From Gemmatimonadota bacterium (lineage in GTDB: Bacteria > Gemmatimonadota > Gemmatimonadetes > Palauibacterales > Palauibacteraceae), in NCBI GenBank assembly GCA_963666735.1, contig OY762926.1, positions 1,760,001 to 1,824,000 on the forward strand: a DNA stretch of 64,000 nt. The letters run 5' to 3'. Made by a program: the position numbers and the translations under genes. Below the pieces are notes generated by a model. It saw nothing but the letters and a program-made list of their open reading frames with translations, was not told where the DNA came from and did not search any database. This document shows, piece after piece, positions 21,569-31,649 of the stretch; within the stretch, counting starts at the first letter, position 1, and every line of letters begins with the position of its first letter.

Positions 21569-23656
21569 CTAATCGTCGTCGCGCTGCGAATCGGCGATCA
21601 CCTTCTCCTGAACATGCGGAGGAACCTGCTCGTACGCAGCCAGGCTGCGCGTGTGCGTCGCCTTTCCGTGCGTCAGGGAGCGCAGCGCGGCGGAGTACTT
21701 GTAGAGTTCGGCCTGGGGGACGTGCGCCTTCACGACCTGCCGCCGCCCCTTCGAGTCCATGCCGAGCACGCGCCCGCGCCGCTGGTTGAGGTCTCCCATC
21801 ACCTCGCCCATGTATTCCTCGGGCGTCTCGACCTCGATCTCCATGATCGGCTCCAGGATCACGGGGTTCGCGTCCCGCGCGACCTTCTGGAACGCGATGG
21901 ATCCCGCGATCTGGAAGGCGATGTCGGAGCTGTCCACGGAGTGATGCGAGCCGTCGTAGCACTCGGCCTGGAAGTCGACGAGCGGATAACCGGCGAGGAC
22001 CCCCCTGCTCGAGGCCTCCCCGACCCCCTTCCCCACGGCCGGGACGAACTTGGTCGGGATCACGCCGCCCTTGATCGAGTCGACGAACTTGTACCCTTCC
22101 CCGCGCGGCAACGGGCTGAGCCGGATGTGGCAGTCGCCGAACTGGCCGCGCCCGCCCGACTGCTTCTTGTGGCGCCCCTGCCCCTCCGCCGTCCTCGTGA
22201 TCGTCTCGCGGTAGGCGATGTTCGGCTGGTGCGTGTCCACGTTGACCCCGTACTTCCGGGTCATCTTCTCCAGCGAGATGTTGAGGTGGATCTCCCCCAG
22301 CCCGCGGATGATCGTCTGTCCGCGCTCGGGATCGTAACCGGAAGAGAAGGTCGGATCCTCCTCGTGCAGCTTCGCGAGGCCGCTGCCGATCTTGTCCTCG
22401 TCGGCACGCGTGCACGCGGTGACGGCAAGGGAGAGATCGGGCTGGGGCCACTCGATGCCGCCGAAGGAGAGCTGGCTCCCGCTGTCGCAAAGCGTGTCGC
22501 CCGTGTGCGTGTCCTTGAGTTTCGTCACAACCCCGATGTCGCCGGGGTTCAGCGCGTCGACATCAATGCGGCGGGACCCGTGCGGAATTGCGAGGTGCGC
22601 GATGCGCTCGCTCGCGGAACGGTCGGGGTTGGCGAGCGTGACGCCGTTCTCAATCCGGCCGGAGAAGACGCGGAAATAGCTCAGGTCGCCGACGTGGGGT
22701 TCCGATGTCGTCTTGAAGACGAGTGCCGCGGTGGGCGCGGCCGCCCCCGGTCCCAGCGACACTTCGCCGTTTCCGTCGCGCGCGGTCTGGGGCGCGGCCC
22801 GGTCCGGCGAGGGGAAGAGTTCCACGATGCGGTCCATGAACGCCGGCACTCCCGCGCTTGTCTGGCATGAACCGCAGAACACGGGGACGATGTCGCCGGA
22901 ACGGATCGCCTCCGCGAACACCTCGCCGAGCCGGCCGGGATCGAGTTCCTCTCCCTCGAAATAGGCTTCGAGCAGGTCGTCATCGCCCGACACGATCGCC
23001 TCGATGAGTTCCTCCCTGAGGTCCTCCACTTCCGACGCGACGCCGGCGGGCGCGTCGGCCACGCCGGCCGCGCCCTTGTCCCCTCCCTTGAAGGTGTGCG
23101 CCTTCATCGTGAGGAGGTCGACGAAGCCGCTGAAGTCGGCGCCCGCCCCGATGGGGACGTGGACCGGCATCGCCGCGGAGGTGAGTTCGTCCCGGACCTG
23201 ACCGAGCGTGTTGCGGAAGTCCGCGTTGTCCCGGTCCATCATTGAGACGAAGACGGCCCGCGGCAGGCTCACGGCGTTCGCGGCGGCCCAGGTCCTCTCC
23301 GTCCCCACTTCGACGCCGGAGATCGCATCGATGACGCAGATGCCGGCGTCCGCCACGCGGATCCCCGCCACGACTTCGCCCAGGAAATCCAGGTAGCCCG
23401 GCGTGTCGATGAGGTTGATCCGCACGCCGTTCCGGACGGCGTGGGCGACGGCGAGGTTGATCGAGATCTTGTGGCCGGTCTCTTCCGGCGTGAAGTCGGT
23501 GAGCGCGTTCCCCTTCTGTACATCGCCCTTCCGCGTGGCTCCGCCGGCGATGTAGCACATCGAGTCCGCGAGCGTCGTCTTCCCCGCCCCTCCGTGCCCG
23601 AAGAAGACGACGTTGCGAAGGTTCCGCGTTTGATATTCCGAGGCGGCAGACGCCAT
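21569..23656 (-). CDS. Elongation factor G paralogue (EF-G2-like, divergent GTPase motifs)
   Basis: Full EF-G domain order (GLGEIHL, AYRETI, HKKQSGGRGQFG, DGS.H.VDSS, EPIM..EV). The GTPase motifs are G1 GHGGAGKT, G3 DTPGY and G4 SMMD. It is not in an rpsL-rpsG context. Confidence 0.9.
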   Translation of the reverse strand: MASAASEYQTRNLRNVVFFGHGGAGKTTLADSMCYIAGGATRKGDVQKGNALTDFTPEETGHKISINLAVAHAVRNGVRINLIDTPGYLDFLGEVVAGIRVADAGICVIDAISGVEVGTERTWAAANAVSLPRAVFVSMMDRDNADFRNTLGQVRDELTSAAMPVHVPIGAGADFSGFVDLLTMKAHTFKGGDKGAAGVADAPAGVASEVEDLREELIEAIVSGDDDLLEAYFEGEELDPGRLGEVFAEAIRSGDIVPVFCGSCQTSAGVPAFMDRIVELFPSPDRAAPQTARDGNGEVSLGPGAAAPTAALVFKTTSEPHVGDLSYFRVFSGRIENGVTLANPDRSASERIAHLAIPHGSRRIDVDALNPGDIGVVTKLKDTHTGDTLCDSGSQLSFGGIEWPQPDLSLAVTACTRADEDKIGSGLAKLHEEDPTFSSGYDPERGQTIIRGLGEIHLNISLEKMTRKYGVNVDTHQPNIAYRETITRTAEGQGRHKKQSGGRGQFGDCHIRLSPLPRGEGYKFVDSIKGGVIPTKFVPAVGKGVGEASSRGVLAGYPLVDFQAECYDGSHHSVDSSDIAFQIAGSIAFQKVARDANPVILEPIMEIEVETPEEYMGEVMGDLNQRRGRVLGMDSKGRRQVVKAHVPQAELYKYSAALRSLTHGKATHTRSLAAYEQVPPHVQEKVIADSQRDDD

Positions 23657-23825
23657 GTACACCTCCTGTACTCTGCTTGTACTCTGCCTGGGAAGACGCC
23701 GGGGCTGGCGGCCCGCGACAGGCGCTTGCTCCGGCCACGGGCCGTTCCGTGCGCGACGCTCCCGGCCGGGGGCTCGCGCGGGGCGGACATTGTAGAAACC
23801 GGCGGCGCAAAACTCCAGCCGCAGG

Positions 23826-23893
23826 GCCACCGCCACGGCCCGCCACCGCCACGGCCCGCTATTGCCGGGGCCTGCTATTGCCGGGGCCTGCTA
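23826..23893. repeat. Two adjacent perfect 16-bp tandem duplications
   Basis: GCCACCGCCACGGCCC x2 (23826-23857), immediately followed by GCTATTGCCGGGGCCT x2 plus GCTA (23858-23893), which includes the rhomboid stop codon. Confidence 0.9.
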
Positions 23894-24817
23894 GTGTGTG
23901 CGGGTCTTCTTCCCCGTCTCCTGTGTCTGCTGGTACTGCCGGCTCACCTCGTCGAGGAAGGCGCGCTCGCGCGCGGAGAGGGAGTCCATGCCGCTCGCGC
24001 GGATCTTGTCGAGGATCCGGTCCACCTCATCGAGGGAATCCCCGTCCGCCCGGCGCCGTCGGCGGGGCGAGGGCGGAGGCGGCGCGGGACGCCGCGCCTT
24101 CCCGCGCGGGGACACCGGACGCTCCTTGTAGAAGGCCCTGCGCGCGAGGCGACCGATGCGTTCCCCGTATCGGAGATAGACGAACCCGGTCACGAGTCCG
24201 CCGAGGTGCGCCCAGTGCGCCACGCCGTCCGCCGACCCCTGCACGGTCGAGAGGAGTGTGAAGGCGCCGAGCGCGGCCACGAACCACTTCGCCGGCACGG
24301 GAAAGACGAAGTAGAGATAGATCTTCGCGTCCGGCCAGTTGAGGGCGAAGGCCACGAGGAGGCCGAAGATCGCCCCGGAGGCGCCCACCATCAGCGTCGG
24401 CCCCGTGAGCGAGTAGAGGAGCACGGAGAACAGAGCCCCGCCGAGCCCGGTCACAAGGTAGAAGCGGAGGAAAAAACGGCTGCCCCACTTCCGTTCGAGC
24501 GGCGGGCCGAAGAAGAAGAGGGCGAGCATGTTCATGAACACGTGCATGAAGCCGCCGTGGACGAACATGTAGGTGACGAGGGTCCACGGGCGCGTGAGGA
24601 AGCCGGGCACGGAGAAGCCGAGCCAGTCGATCGCCGCGACGGGCACGAGCCGCATCGCCACGGCGAGGAAGATGACGAAGTTCGCGATCATGAGCCGCAG
24701 GACCCAGCGACTCATCGGAGAGCCGTGGCCGAAGCGGACCCCGCCGCCGCCCATGCCGCCGCCGCGGAAGCCGCCGCCGCGGAAGCCGCCGCTCCGGAAC
24801 GCGGGCCGTCGCATCAT
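23891..24817 (-). CDS. Rhomboid family intramembrane serine protease with C-terminal DUF6576-like helical tail
   Basis: PWTLVTYMFVHGG..H..MNM, catalytic GASG, AH.AHLGG, and tail EVDRILDKI...G.DSLS..ER. ATGA overlap with ddl. Confidence 0.9.
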   Translation of the reverse strand: MMRRPAFRSGGFRGGGFRGGGMGGGGVRFGHGSPMSRWVLRLMIANFVIFLAVAMRLVPVAAIDWLGFSVPGFLTRPWTLVTYMFVHGGFMHVFMNMLALFFFGPPLERKWGSRFFLRFYLVTGLGGALFSVLLYSLTGPTLMVGASGAIFGLLVAFALNWPDAKIYLYFVFPVPAKWFVAALGAFTLLSTVQGSADGVAHWAHLGGLVTGFVYLRYGERIGRLARRAFYKERPVSPRGKARRPAPPPPSPRRRRRADGDSLDEVDRILDKIRASGMDSLSARERAFLDEVSRQYQQTQETGKKTRTH

Positions 24818-26031
24818 CCCGACCCCGCCTCGCCGTCGTGCGTTTCGCCGTCGCCCCGGAGGTCGATGGCGGAGGCGAGCCGCTCGTCGCGCTCCGCGCG
24901 CTCGATCGCGAGCCGGATGAGACGGTCGACGAGTTCGGGGTAGGACACGCCGCTCGCAGCCCAGAGCTTGGGGTACATGCTGATCCGGGTGAAACCCGGG
25001 AGAGTGTTGATCTCGTTCACCACCAGTGAACCGGCCGGGAGCGGGCCGCAAGCCTCCGCCGCGAGGAAGAGGTCCACGCGCGCCATCCCCTCGCAGCATA
25101 GCGCGCGGAAGGCCCGGACGGCGATGTCGCGGGCCCGCGCGGTGGCGTCGACATCGAGGTCCGCGGGAATGAGCAGGTCCGCACCGTCGTGATCCAGGTA
25201 TTTCGCCTCGTAGGAGTAGAACGCGTGTGTGGGGGCGATCTCCCCCGGGATCGAGGCTTCGGGGGCCTCGTTCCCCAGCACGGAGATCTCGATCTCGCGG
25301 CCCCGGATCGTCCGTTCCAGGAGCACCTTGGTGTCGAAGGAAAACGCCTCGTCGAGCGCCCGCCGGTAGTCGGAGTCCGTGTCGACCCTCGAGACGCCGA
25401 CGGAAGATCCCATGTTCGCCGGCTTGACGAAGATGGGGGCGTCGAGCGCGGCCACGGCCTCGTCCCAGGAGGGGGGTTCGCGCCGGGAAGGGACGGTGAT
25501 GAAGGGCGCGACGGGGATGCCGGCGTCGCGCAGCAGCCGCTTGGCCACATCCTTGTCCATGCAGACGGCCGAGCCGAGGATCCCGGGCCCGACGAACGGC
25601 AGGTGCGCAAGCCGCAGGAGTCCCTGTACGGTGCCGTCCTCGCCGAAGGGGCCGTGCAGCACGGGAAAGACGACGTCCAGTTCCGGCAACCCGGCCGGCT
25701 CCGGGCGGCCCTCACCGGGCCCCTCGCGCCGGCCGGGGTCCTCCGGGCCGTCCGGGACGACGGGTACGATCCGAGGGCGGCGGCCGGGGGTCACGGCGAG
25801 CCTGACCGGCGCGCCGGGGAGGCGGATGCGCCGCGGATCCGAGGCGTGCCGCAGGAAGCGCGATTCGTCGGCGAGATGCCACCGGCCGCGGCGATCGATG
25901 CCGATGAGCACGACCTCGTAGCGCTCCCGGTCGATCGCCTCGATGACGTTCTTCGCCGACCGGAGCGACACTTCGTGCTCCGGGGACTCCCCGCCGAAGA
26001 GGACGCCGACGCGCGGACGGCGGTCAGCCAC
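24814..26031 (-). CDS. ddl: D-alanine--D-alanine ligase
   Basis: GG.S.EHEVS, LHGPFGEDG, FVKPAN.GSSVG, FYSYEAKY, ARVD and NEINTLPGFT..S.YP. GTG start overlaps the upstream stop by 8 bp. Confidence 0.95.
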   Translation of the reverse strand: MADRRPRVGVLFGGESPEHEVSLRSAKNVIEAIDRERYEVVLIGIDRRGRWHLADESRFLRHASDPRRIRLPGAPVRLAVTPGRRPRIVPVVPDGPEDPGRREGPGEGRPEPAGLPELDVVFPVLHGPFGEDGTVQGLLRLAHLPFVGPGILGSAVCMDKDVAKRLLRDAGIPVAPFITVPSRREPPSWDEAVAALDAPIFVKPANMGSSVGVSRVDTDSDYRRALDEAFSFDTKVLLERTIRGREIEISVLGNEAPEASIPGEIAPTHAFYSYEAKYLDHDGADLLIPADLDVDATARARDIAVRAFRALCCEGMARVDLFLAAEACGPLPAGSLVVNEINTLPGFTRISMYPKLWAASGVSYPELVDRLIRLAIERAERDERLASAIDLRGDGETHDGEAGSG

Positions 26032-26449
26032 CGGACGCCGGCACGGGATAGCGGATGGGGAGTCGCGCCCAGATGGCGGTCGGGGCGCCGCCGTGCTGCG
26101 CCGGCCGGTACCGGAGGAGGCGGGCGCCTTCCACCGCGGCCGAGTCGAGGACGGCATGCCCCGACGAGGTCACGACCGAGACGGAGTCGACGCGTCCCGC
26201 ATCGGATATCCGAATGCGGAGGAGGATGTCTCCGCCCGCCCCCTCCTCGAGGGCGTCGGCCGGGTAGGGGAACGCGGGGGACGACGCGGGCTCGAGCACG
26301 GGCCACACGAAGCCGCCTTCGCGGAGTTGGTCCACGCGCAGCGCTCCGACTTCGGGGCTCGGATCGTCCGCGCACCCGGTGGACGCGGCGCCGGCGAGGG
26401 CGGCGAGGACCGCGAGGACACCCGACCTGACAGCCCGCGTGCTATGCAT
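26024..26449 (-). CDS. Short TonB C-terminal domain protein (possible lipoprotein)
   Basis: YP..A...G..G...L...I...G.V....V..SSG...LD.AA......Y.PA motif; signal peptide ending in a Cys (STGC). Confidence 0.8.
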   Translation of the reverse strand: MHSTRAVRSGVLAVLAALAGAASTGCADDPSPEVGALRVDQLREGGFVWPVLEPASSPAFPYPADALEEGAGGDILLRIRISDAGRVDSVSVVTSSGHAVLDSAAVEGARLLRYRPAQHGGAPTAIWARLPIRYPVPASGG

Positions 26450-29054
26450 CGCCGAACGCCTTCCATTCGGCGAGCGTGTTTAGCGCCTCGAGCGGCGTCA
26501 TCCCATCGAGGTCGATCCCGGCCAGCTTCTCGAGCACCTCGAGGGCGGCGGCGATGTCCGCGCTTTCGGCGGGAGCGGGAGCCTCGAAGAGGGAGAGTTG
26601 CCCCAGTCCCGCCTCGGCCAACACGGCTCCGCGGCCGCCGGCGCCCCACGGCCCGCTCTCGAGCATGTGCAGGATGCGGGCGGCGCGCCCGACGACGTCG
26701 GGGGGCAGTCCGGCCAGCCGGGCGACGTGCACGCCGTAGGAACGGTCGGAGCCCCCCGGCTGCAACCGGTAGAGGAAGACGATGTCCTGACCGGTCTCCC
26801 GCACCGCGACGTTGAAGGCGGCCGCGCGCGGCAGCGACTCCGCGAGGCCGACGAGTTCGTGGTAGTGGGTCGCGAACACCGTGCGGGCTCCGAGTTCGTG
26901 CAGCCGCTCGGTCACCGCCCATGCGATCGAGAGACCGTCGTACGTCGACGTGCCCCGCCCGATCTCGTCGAGCAGGACGAGCGAGCGCTCGGTGGCGCCG
27001 TGCAGGATGGTCGCGGTTTCCGTCATCTCCACCATGAAGGTGCTCTGCCCCGCCGCGAGGTTGTCGCTGGCGCCCACGCGCGTGAACACGCGATCGCATA
27101 TCCCAATGTGGGCTCGGCGAGCCGGGACGAAGGAACCGATGTGCGCCATGAGCGCGATGAGCCCCGCCTGGCGCAGCACCGTGGATTTCCCCGCCATGTT
27201 CGGGCCGGTGACGATCAGAATGCGGCGTTCGTCGTCCAGCCGCATGTCGTTCGGGATGAAGGTGTCCCTCGCGGCCGCGGCCTCGACGACGGGGTGCCGG
27301 CCCTCTTCGATGTCGAAGGCGATGTCTTCGCTGAGCCGCGGACGCACGTAGTCCTCGGCGGCGGCGACCTCGGCGAGGCAGGCGAGGAAGTCGATCTCGG
27401 CGACCTGGGCGGCGGTCGCCTGAATCCGCCCGACCTCGGCGGCGACGGCGTCTCGCAGCTCGTGGAAGAGCCGGGCCTCGAGCTTCGCGATCTCATCGTC
27501 GGCCCCGAGCACCTTCGCCTCCCACTCCTTGAGTTCGGGCGTGAGATACCGCTCGGCGTTGGTGAGCGTTTGCCTGCGGGTCCACTCCTCCGGCACGCGG
27601 TCGAGCTTCGAGCGCGTGACCTCGAGATAGTACCCGAACACCCGGTTGAACCCGATCTTCAGCGTGTCGATGCCGGTGCGCTCGCGCTCCCTCACCTGCA
27701 TGCCGGCGATGAAATCGACGGCGCCGCCGCGCGCGCCGCGCAATTCGTCGAGTTCGGCGGAGAAGCCGCTCCGGATCACGCCGCCGTCCTTGAGGGCGTG
27801 GGGAGAGTCGGGGTCGATGGCTTCGTCGATGCGGGCCGCCACGTCCCGGAGCGGATCGAAGCGGGAACGAAGCTCGGCGAGCCGGCCGGCCTCCAGCGGC
27901 GCGAGGGCGGTCGCCAGCCCGGGCAGCGCGCCGAGCGAGAGGCCGAGGCCGAGGAGTTCGCGCGGCGCCGCCCGTCCGGTGGAGACGCGGGCGGCGAGCC
28001 GCTCCAGATCGCGGATCGGGCGGAGCGCGCCTCGAACGCGTTCACGCTCCTCCGCCCGCTCGAGGAGTTCCTGCACGGCGTCGAGGCGGACCGCGATCTC
28101 GTCGGGGACGACGAGCGGGCGCAGCAGGCGCCGGCGCAGCAGGCGCGCCCCCATCGGCGTCCGCGTGCGGTCGATGAGGGCGAGAAGCGACGCCCCCTCG
28201 CCGGGGCGCAGGGGTTCCACGAGTTCGAGGTTCCGCCGGGTCATCTCGTCGAGGTACATCACGCGTCCCGCTCGATCCACGCGCGGCGGCCGCAGGTGGT
28301 CGAGGCCCGCCGGCCGCACTTCGTCCAGGTAGCCGAGGAGCGCGCCGCTCGCCGCGAGGAGAAGCGGGTCGCGCGCGGGATCGAGGCCGAAGCCGGACGA
28401 GGAGGCGACGCCGAACCATTCCCGGAGCCGCTCGTCCCCGAGCGAAGCGTCGAAGCGCCAGGCGGGCCGCGCGGTCAGGTGCCAGGGTCCGGCGGGCGCC
28501 TCCGTCTCCTCGGGGATCACGATCTCGGCGGGCTCGAGTCTCCCGAGTTCGTCGTTGAGATCCGCGGCGGCCACCTCGCGGAGCTCGAACTCGCCGGTCG
28601 AGAGGTCGACGACGGCGAGCCCGAACGGCGCATCTCCGGCGATCGCGACCACGTAGTTGTTGCGGCTCGCCGGGAGGAGCCTGTCCTCGAGGACCGTGCC
28701 CGGCGTGATGATCTCGACGACGTCCCGCTGCACGATCCCCCGGGCCTCCGCCGGGTCCTCGAGTTGCTCGCAGATCGCCACGCGGCGGCCCATCTCGAGC
28801 AGGCGGGAGACATACTCGTTCACGGCCTTCACGGGGACGCCCGCGAGCGGAACGTCCCGCTTTCCGCCGTTGTTGCGCGCGGTGAGGGTGATCCCCAGCA
28901 GGCCGCTCCCCTCCTCCGCGTCCTCGAAGAACATCTCGTAGAAGTCGCCCACCCGGAAGAAGAGGAGCGAATCGGGGTGGCGGGACTTGATGTCGAGATA
29001 CTGCCGGATGAGCGGCGAGTACGCACTCGAGTCCGGGCTGGCCGCAGCCATCAT
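26442..29054 (-). CDS. mutS: DNA mismatch repair protein MutS
   Basis: QYL.IK, GDFYEMF (F-x-E), GRHPVVE, TGPNMAGKST, STFMVEM, DEIGRGTST, FATHYHEL and SYG.HVA.LAG. Confidence 0.97.
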   Translation of the reverse strand: MMAAASPDSSAYSPLIRQYLDIKSRHPDSLLFFRVGDFYEMFFEDAEEGSGLLGITLTARNNGGKRDVPLAGVPVKAVNEYVSRLLEMGRRVAICEQLEDPAEARGIVQRDVVEIITPGTVLEDRLLPASRNNYVVAIAGDAPFGLAVVDLSTGEFELREVAAADLNDELGRLEPAEIVIPEETEAPAGPWHLTARPAWRFDASLGDERLREWFGVASSSGFGLDPARDPLLLAASGALLGYLDEVRPAGLDHLRPPRVDRAGRVMYLDEMTRRNLELVEPLRPGEGASLLALIDRTRTPMGARLLRRRLLRPLVVPDEIAVRLDAVQELLERAEERERVRGALRPIRDLERLAARVSTGRAAPRELLGLGLSLGALPGLATALAPLEAGRLAELRSRFDPLRDVAARIDEAIDPDSPHALKDGGVIRSGFSAELDELRGARGGAVDFIAGMQVRERERTGIDTLKIGFNRVFGYYLEVTRSKLDRVPEEWTRRQTLTNAERYLTPELKEWEAKVLGADDEIAKLEARLFHELRDAVAAEVGRIQATAAQVAEIDFLACLAEVAAAEDYVRPRLSEDIAFDIEEGRHPVVEAAAARDTFIPNDMRLDDERRILIVTGPNMAGKSTVLRQAGLIALMAHIGSFVPARRAHIGICDRVFTRVGASDNLAAGQSTFMVEMTETATILHGATERSLVLLDEIGRGTSTYDGLSIAWAVTERLHELGARTVFATHYHELVGLAESLPRAAAFNVAVRETGQDIVFLYRLQPGGSDRSYGVHVARLAGLPPDVVGRAARILHMLESGPWGAGGRGAVLAEAGLGQLSLFEAPAPAESADIAAALEVLEKLAGIDLDGMTPLEALNTLAEWKAFGDA

Positions 29055-29058
29055 CGCC

Positions 29059-29916
29059 TCACGAGACGACGGGGATGACGGCGGGATCAAAGCCCGCGTC
29101 CAGGAGTCGGCGCGCGAGGCTCTCCGCCGCTTCCCGGCGGGCGAAGCGGCCCAGCCGGACGCGGTGGAACCCGTCTTGCTCGACGACGCGGGAGAAGAAG
29201 CCGGCGGCTTCCAGCTGTCCCCGCACCTCCTCCGCCGGATCCCGGCGCGAGAACGCGGCTACCTGGATCGCGAAGCGCGGGCCGCCCGGCGCGCAGCCGC
29301 GCGCCGAGGCTTCCGCGAGGAGCGTGATCGACGCGGCGCCGACCCTCCGGCCCTCCGCGGCCCCCCGTTGCCACGCTTCGCAGGCCCGGTCGAGGAGGCC
29401 CCGGTCCTCGAACGTCCGCGCCGTCCAGTACCAGGACGCGACCGCCTCGGCGCTCCGCGGATGGTCCGCCCGCAGGCGCTCGAGGCCGGCCGCCGCCCGA
29501 GAGGGTTCGCCGAGCGCCAGGTCCAGTTGTGCGAGCCGCAGCCATGCTCGGGATCCGTAGCGCGAGCCACCGTCCATGGCGACGGAGAGGAGTTCGGCGC
29601 GGGCGGAATCCGGGTCCGTCAGGAGGCGCGCCCGAAGGTATCGCGCGCGCACGACGTCGCCGCGTGCCGCGTTCCGCCCCACCGCGGCGAGCCAGCCTTC
29701 TATCGCCTCGGCGGCGCCTTCGAGCCTCCCGGCCTCGATCCGTGCCTCGAGATGGTCCAGGTCCACGGGAGTGGCGGCTTGCGCGGCCTGCGCGGGAGAG
29801 GGGACGGAAAGCCCCCACAGCGACGCGCCGGCGAGAAGCGCCGGCGCCCAGGCGCGGCGGCTCCCATGGCCCGAGCGCCCTCCGCGGCTCCGGCGGTTCC
29901 GGCGGTTCCGGGTCAT
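29059..29916 (-). CDS. SPOR domain protein with TPR-like helices, secreted
   Basis: Signal peptide, helical repeats, and C-terminal FAIQVAAFS...HRVRLGRF...EAA..L...L...G. ATGA overlap with holA. Confidence 0.8.
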   Translation of the reverse strand: MTRNRRNRRSRGGRSGHGSRRAWAPALLAGASLWGLSVPSPAQAAQAATPVDLDHLEARIEAGRLEGAAEAIEGWLAAVGRNAARGDVVRARYLRARLLTDPDSARAELLSVAMDGGSRYGSRAWLRLAQLDLALGEPSRAAAGLERLRADHPRSAEAVASWYWTARTFEDRGLLDRACEAWQRGAAEGRRVGAASITLLAEASARGCAPGGPRFAIQVAAFSRRDPAEEVRGQLEAAGFFSRVVEQDGFHRVRLGRFARREAAESLARRLLDAGFDPAVIPVVS

Positions 29917-30923
29917 CTTCCGGCGTTTCCCGCCTGCGCCAGTTGCAGGAGCGTCTCGGCGAGAACCGCCCGGTCTCCCCGCCCCGACTTGAGGTGCCGG
30001 TCGGCGCGGTGGAGCGCCCGCAGCGCGTGATCGAGTTCGTGTACGGTCCATGCCCTCGCCTGCTTCGCGTAGGCGTTCGCCTTCCAGGAGAGATAGCCGC
30101 GCCCGGTCTCCGACAGGGCGGCTCGCAGGCCGGCGGGTCCCGCTTCGAGGGCCAGACCAAGCAGAAGGTGCTGTTCCACAAGTCCGGCGACCAGCCCAAC
30201 CCCGCGCTCCGAAGTGAGCACGTTTTCCAACTCGCGCAAGGCGCGCCGGTAGTCGCGCGAAGCCACGAGATCGAGCCAGCTCCAGCGATCGATCCGATGA
30301 GTCCGGGGAACGACGTCGCGGATGTCCGCGTCGGTGCGGCGGTCGGCGGGAAGCGAGGCGAGCTTCTCGAGCTCGGCGTCCAGCGTCGAAAGGTCCGACC
30401 CGACGGCTCCGGCGATCCACTGGGCCGCCGACGGCGAGAGGTCGAAGTTCCAGCGCCTCCGCGCCCGATCGTGGATCCAGCCCGGGATCTCCGCCGCCCG
30501 CGGCGTACTCCACTCCAGCGTGCGGCAGTTCTTCCTGAGGTCGCGGTAGAAGGCCGCGCGCGACCCCTTGGGGATGCGCGCCGTCACGATGAGAGCGAGG
30601 TCGGGGGGGGCCGCCGCCGCGGCCCGCTGCAGGACGTGGCGGGCCTTCGTTCCCATCCGCTCGACGTCGCGCACGAAGACGACGCGGCGCTCCGCCATCA
30701 TCGGGGGCATGGCCAGGGTGGCGGCGAGTTGCTCGTCCGTCACGTCCTCGGCCCGGAACTGGTCGTAGTTGAAGTCGCGCGTGGCCGGGTCGACGGCCGC
30801 CTCGACGAGCTGCTGCGCGGCTTCGTCCCGCAGGCGGATCGCGTCTCCGTGCAGGAACCAGGCTCCGGTGGGGGGGGCCTTGCCAAGGGCTCGCGAGAGC
30901 CGCGGGTCGAGGGGCGCGCTCAC
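29913..30923 (-). CDS. holA: DNA polymerase III subunit delta
   Basis: RDFNYD, PMMAERRVV.V, G.DL..L..ELEKL and L...DR.LKSG. Confidence 0.85.
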   Translation of the reverse strand: MSAPLDPRLSRALGKAPPTGAWFLHGDAIRLRDEAAQQLVEAAVDPATRDFNYDQFRAEDVTDEQLAATLAMPPMMAERRVVFVRDVERMGTKARHVLQRAAAAAPPDLALIVTARIPKGSRAAFYRDLRKNCRTLEWSTPRAAEIPGWIHDRARRRWNFDLSPSAAQWIAGAVGSDLSTLDAELEKLASLPADRRTDADIRDVVPRTHRIDRWSWLDLVASRDYRRALRELENVLTSERGVGLVAGLVEQHLLLGLALEAGPAGLRAALSETGRGYLSWKANAYAKQARAWTVHELDHALRALHRADRHLKSGRGDRAVLAETLLQLAQAGNAGR

Positions 30924-30963
30924 GGCGCCGAAAGAGGCCCGTGCCGCGAGCCGCGGCGGTGGG

Positions 30964-31539
30964 TCAGCGAGACTCGTCGAGCTGGCCGGTGCGCCGCTCG
31001 ACCGGCAGGGGGATGGAGTCGCTTGTCGCGACCGGCACGGCGTACGTCGAACCGAACAGCCCGCCCCCGTCATCGAGCGCGGGAGCGAACGGGGCGAGGA
31101 ACCAGTCCGGCACGTAGGGGTCGTCGGCAAACCGGCTCCCCTGGCTCTCGGCGACCGTCTCCGCCGGCACATCCGCCATCACGGGCGGAAGCTGCACTTC
31201 GACGAGCAGAGGTTGGCTTCCGTTCGACACGCCGAGCGTGAAGAGTCCCGCCGACGCCACGGCGATGGCCGCGGCCCGGCCGAACTGGCCTCGCCAGGAC
31301 CGCTTCGGAGACTCGTCGACGTGGTAGAGGCGGTGCTGCAGGCGGGGCAGGAAGTCCGGAGAGGTGGCGACGCGAGGCAGAGCTCGCCAGACGGCGAGCC
31401 CGCGAGTCAGGACCCGCTGATAGCGTCGACACGACTTGCAATCCTCCAGATGCGTGTCGAAACGATGGCGCTCGCCAAGGGCAAGCGCACCGTCGAGGTA
31501 TTCGGCATGCCGGTCGATAAACTCTTTGCAAACCATCAT
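30964..31539 (-). CDS. Zinc-binding anti-sigma factor (zf-HC2)
   Basis: C.EF....EYLDG.L......F..HL..C..C (HxxxCxxC), then a TM helix; downstream of an ECF sigma factor. Confidence 0.85.
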   Translation of the reverse strand: MMVCKEFIDRHAEYLDGALALGERHRFDTHLEDCKSCRRYQRVLTRGLAVWRALPRVATSPDFLPRLQHRLYHVDESPKRSWRGQFGRAAAIAVASAGLFTLGVSNGSQPLLVEVQLPPVMADVPAETVAESQGSRFADDPYVPDWFLAPFAPALDDGGGLFGSTYAVPVATSDSIPLPVERRTGQLDESR

Positions 31540-31649
31540 TGCACCATCACGAAAACGTCCATCCGGGCTCATCTACTCTGAACTGCGTGCCAGGGTTCCT
31601 TGCGGCGGTCCGGCCGTGCGGGCCGGGCGCCGGGATTCAATCGAGCGAT

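Noticed and set aside
23826..23893. Possible mini-CRISPR
   Set aside because: The units are directly adjacent 16-mers without spacers, and no cas genes are present.
24814..26031. Van-type D-Ala-D-Lac ligase
   Set aside because: The omega loop FYSYEAKY is D-Ala-D-Ala type, and there are no vanH/vanX neighbours.
26598..29078. 826-aa plus-strand ORF, and similar antisense ORFs over fmt, EF-G, cbs and the VPS10 gene
   Set aside because: Shadow ORFs opposite well-supported genes.
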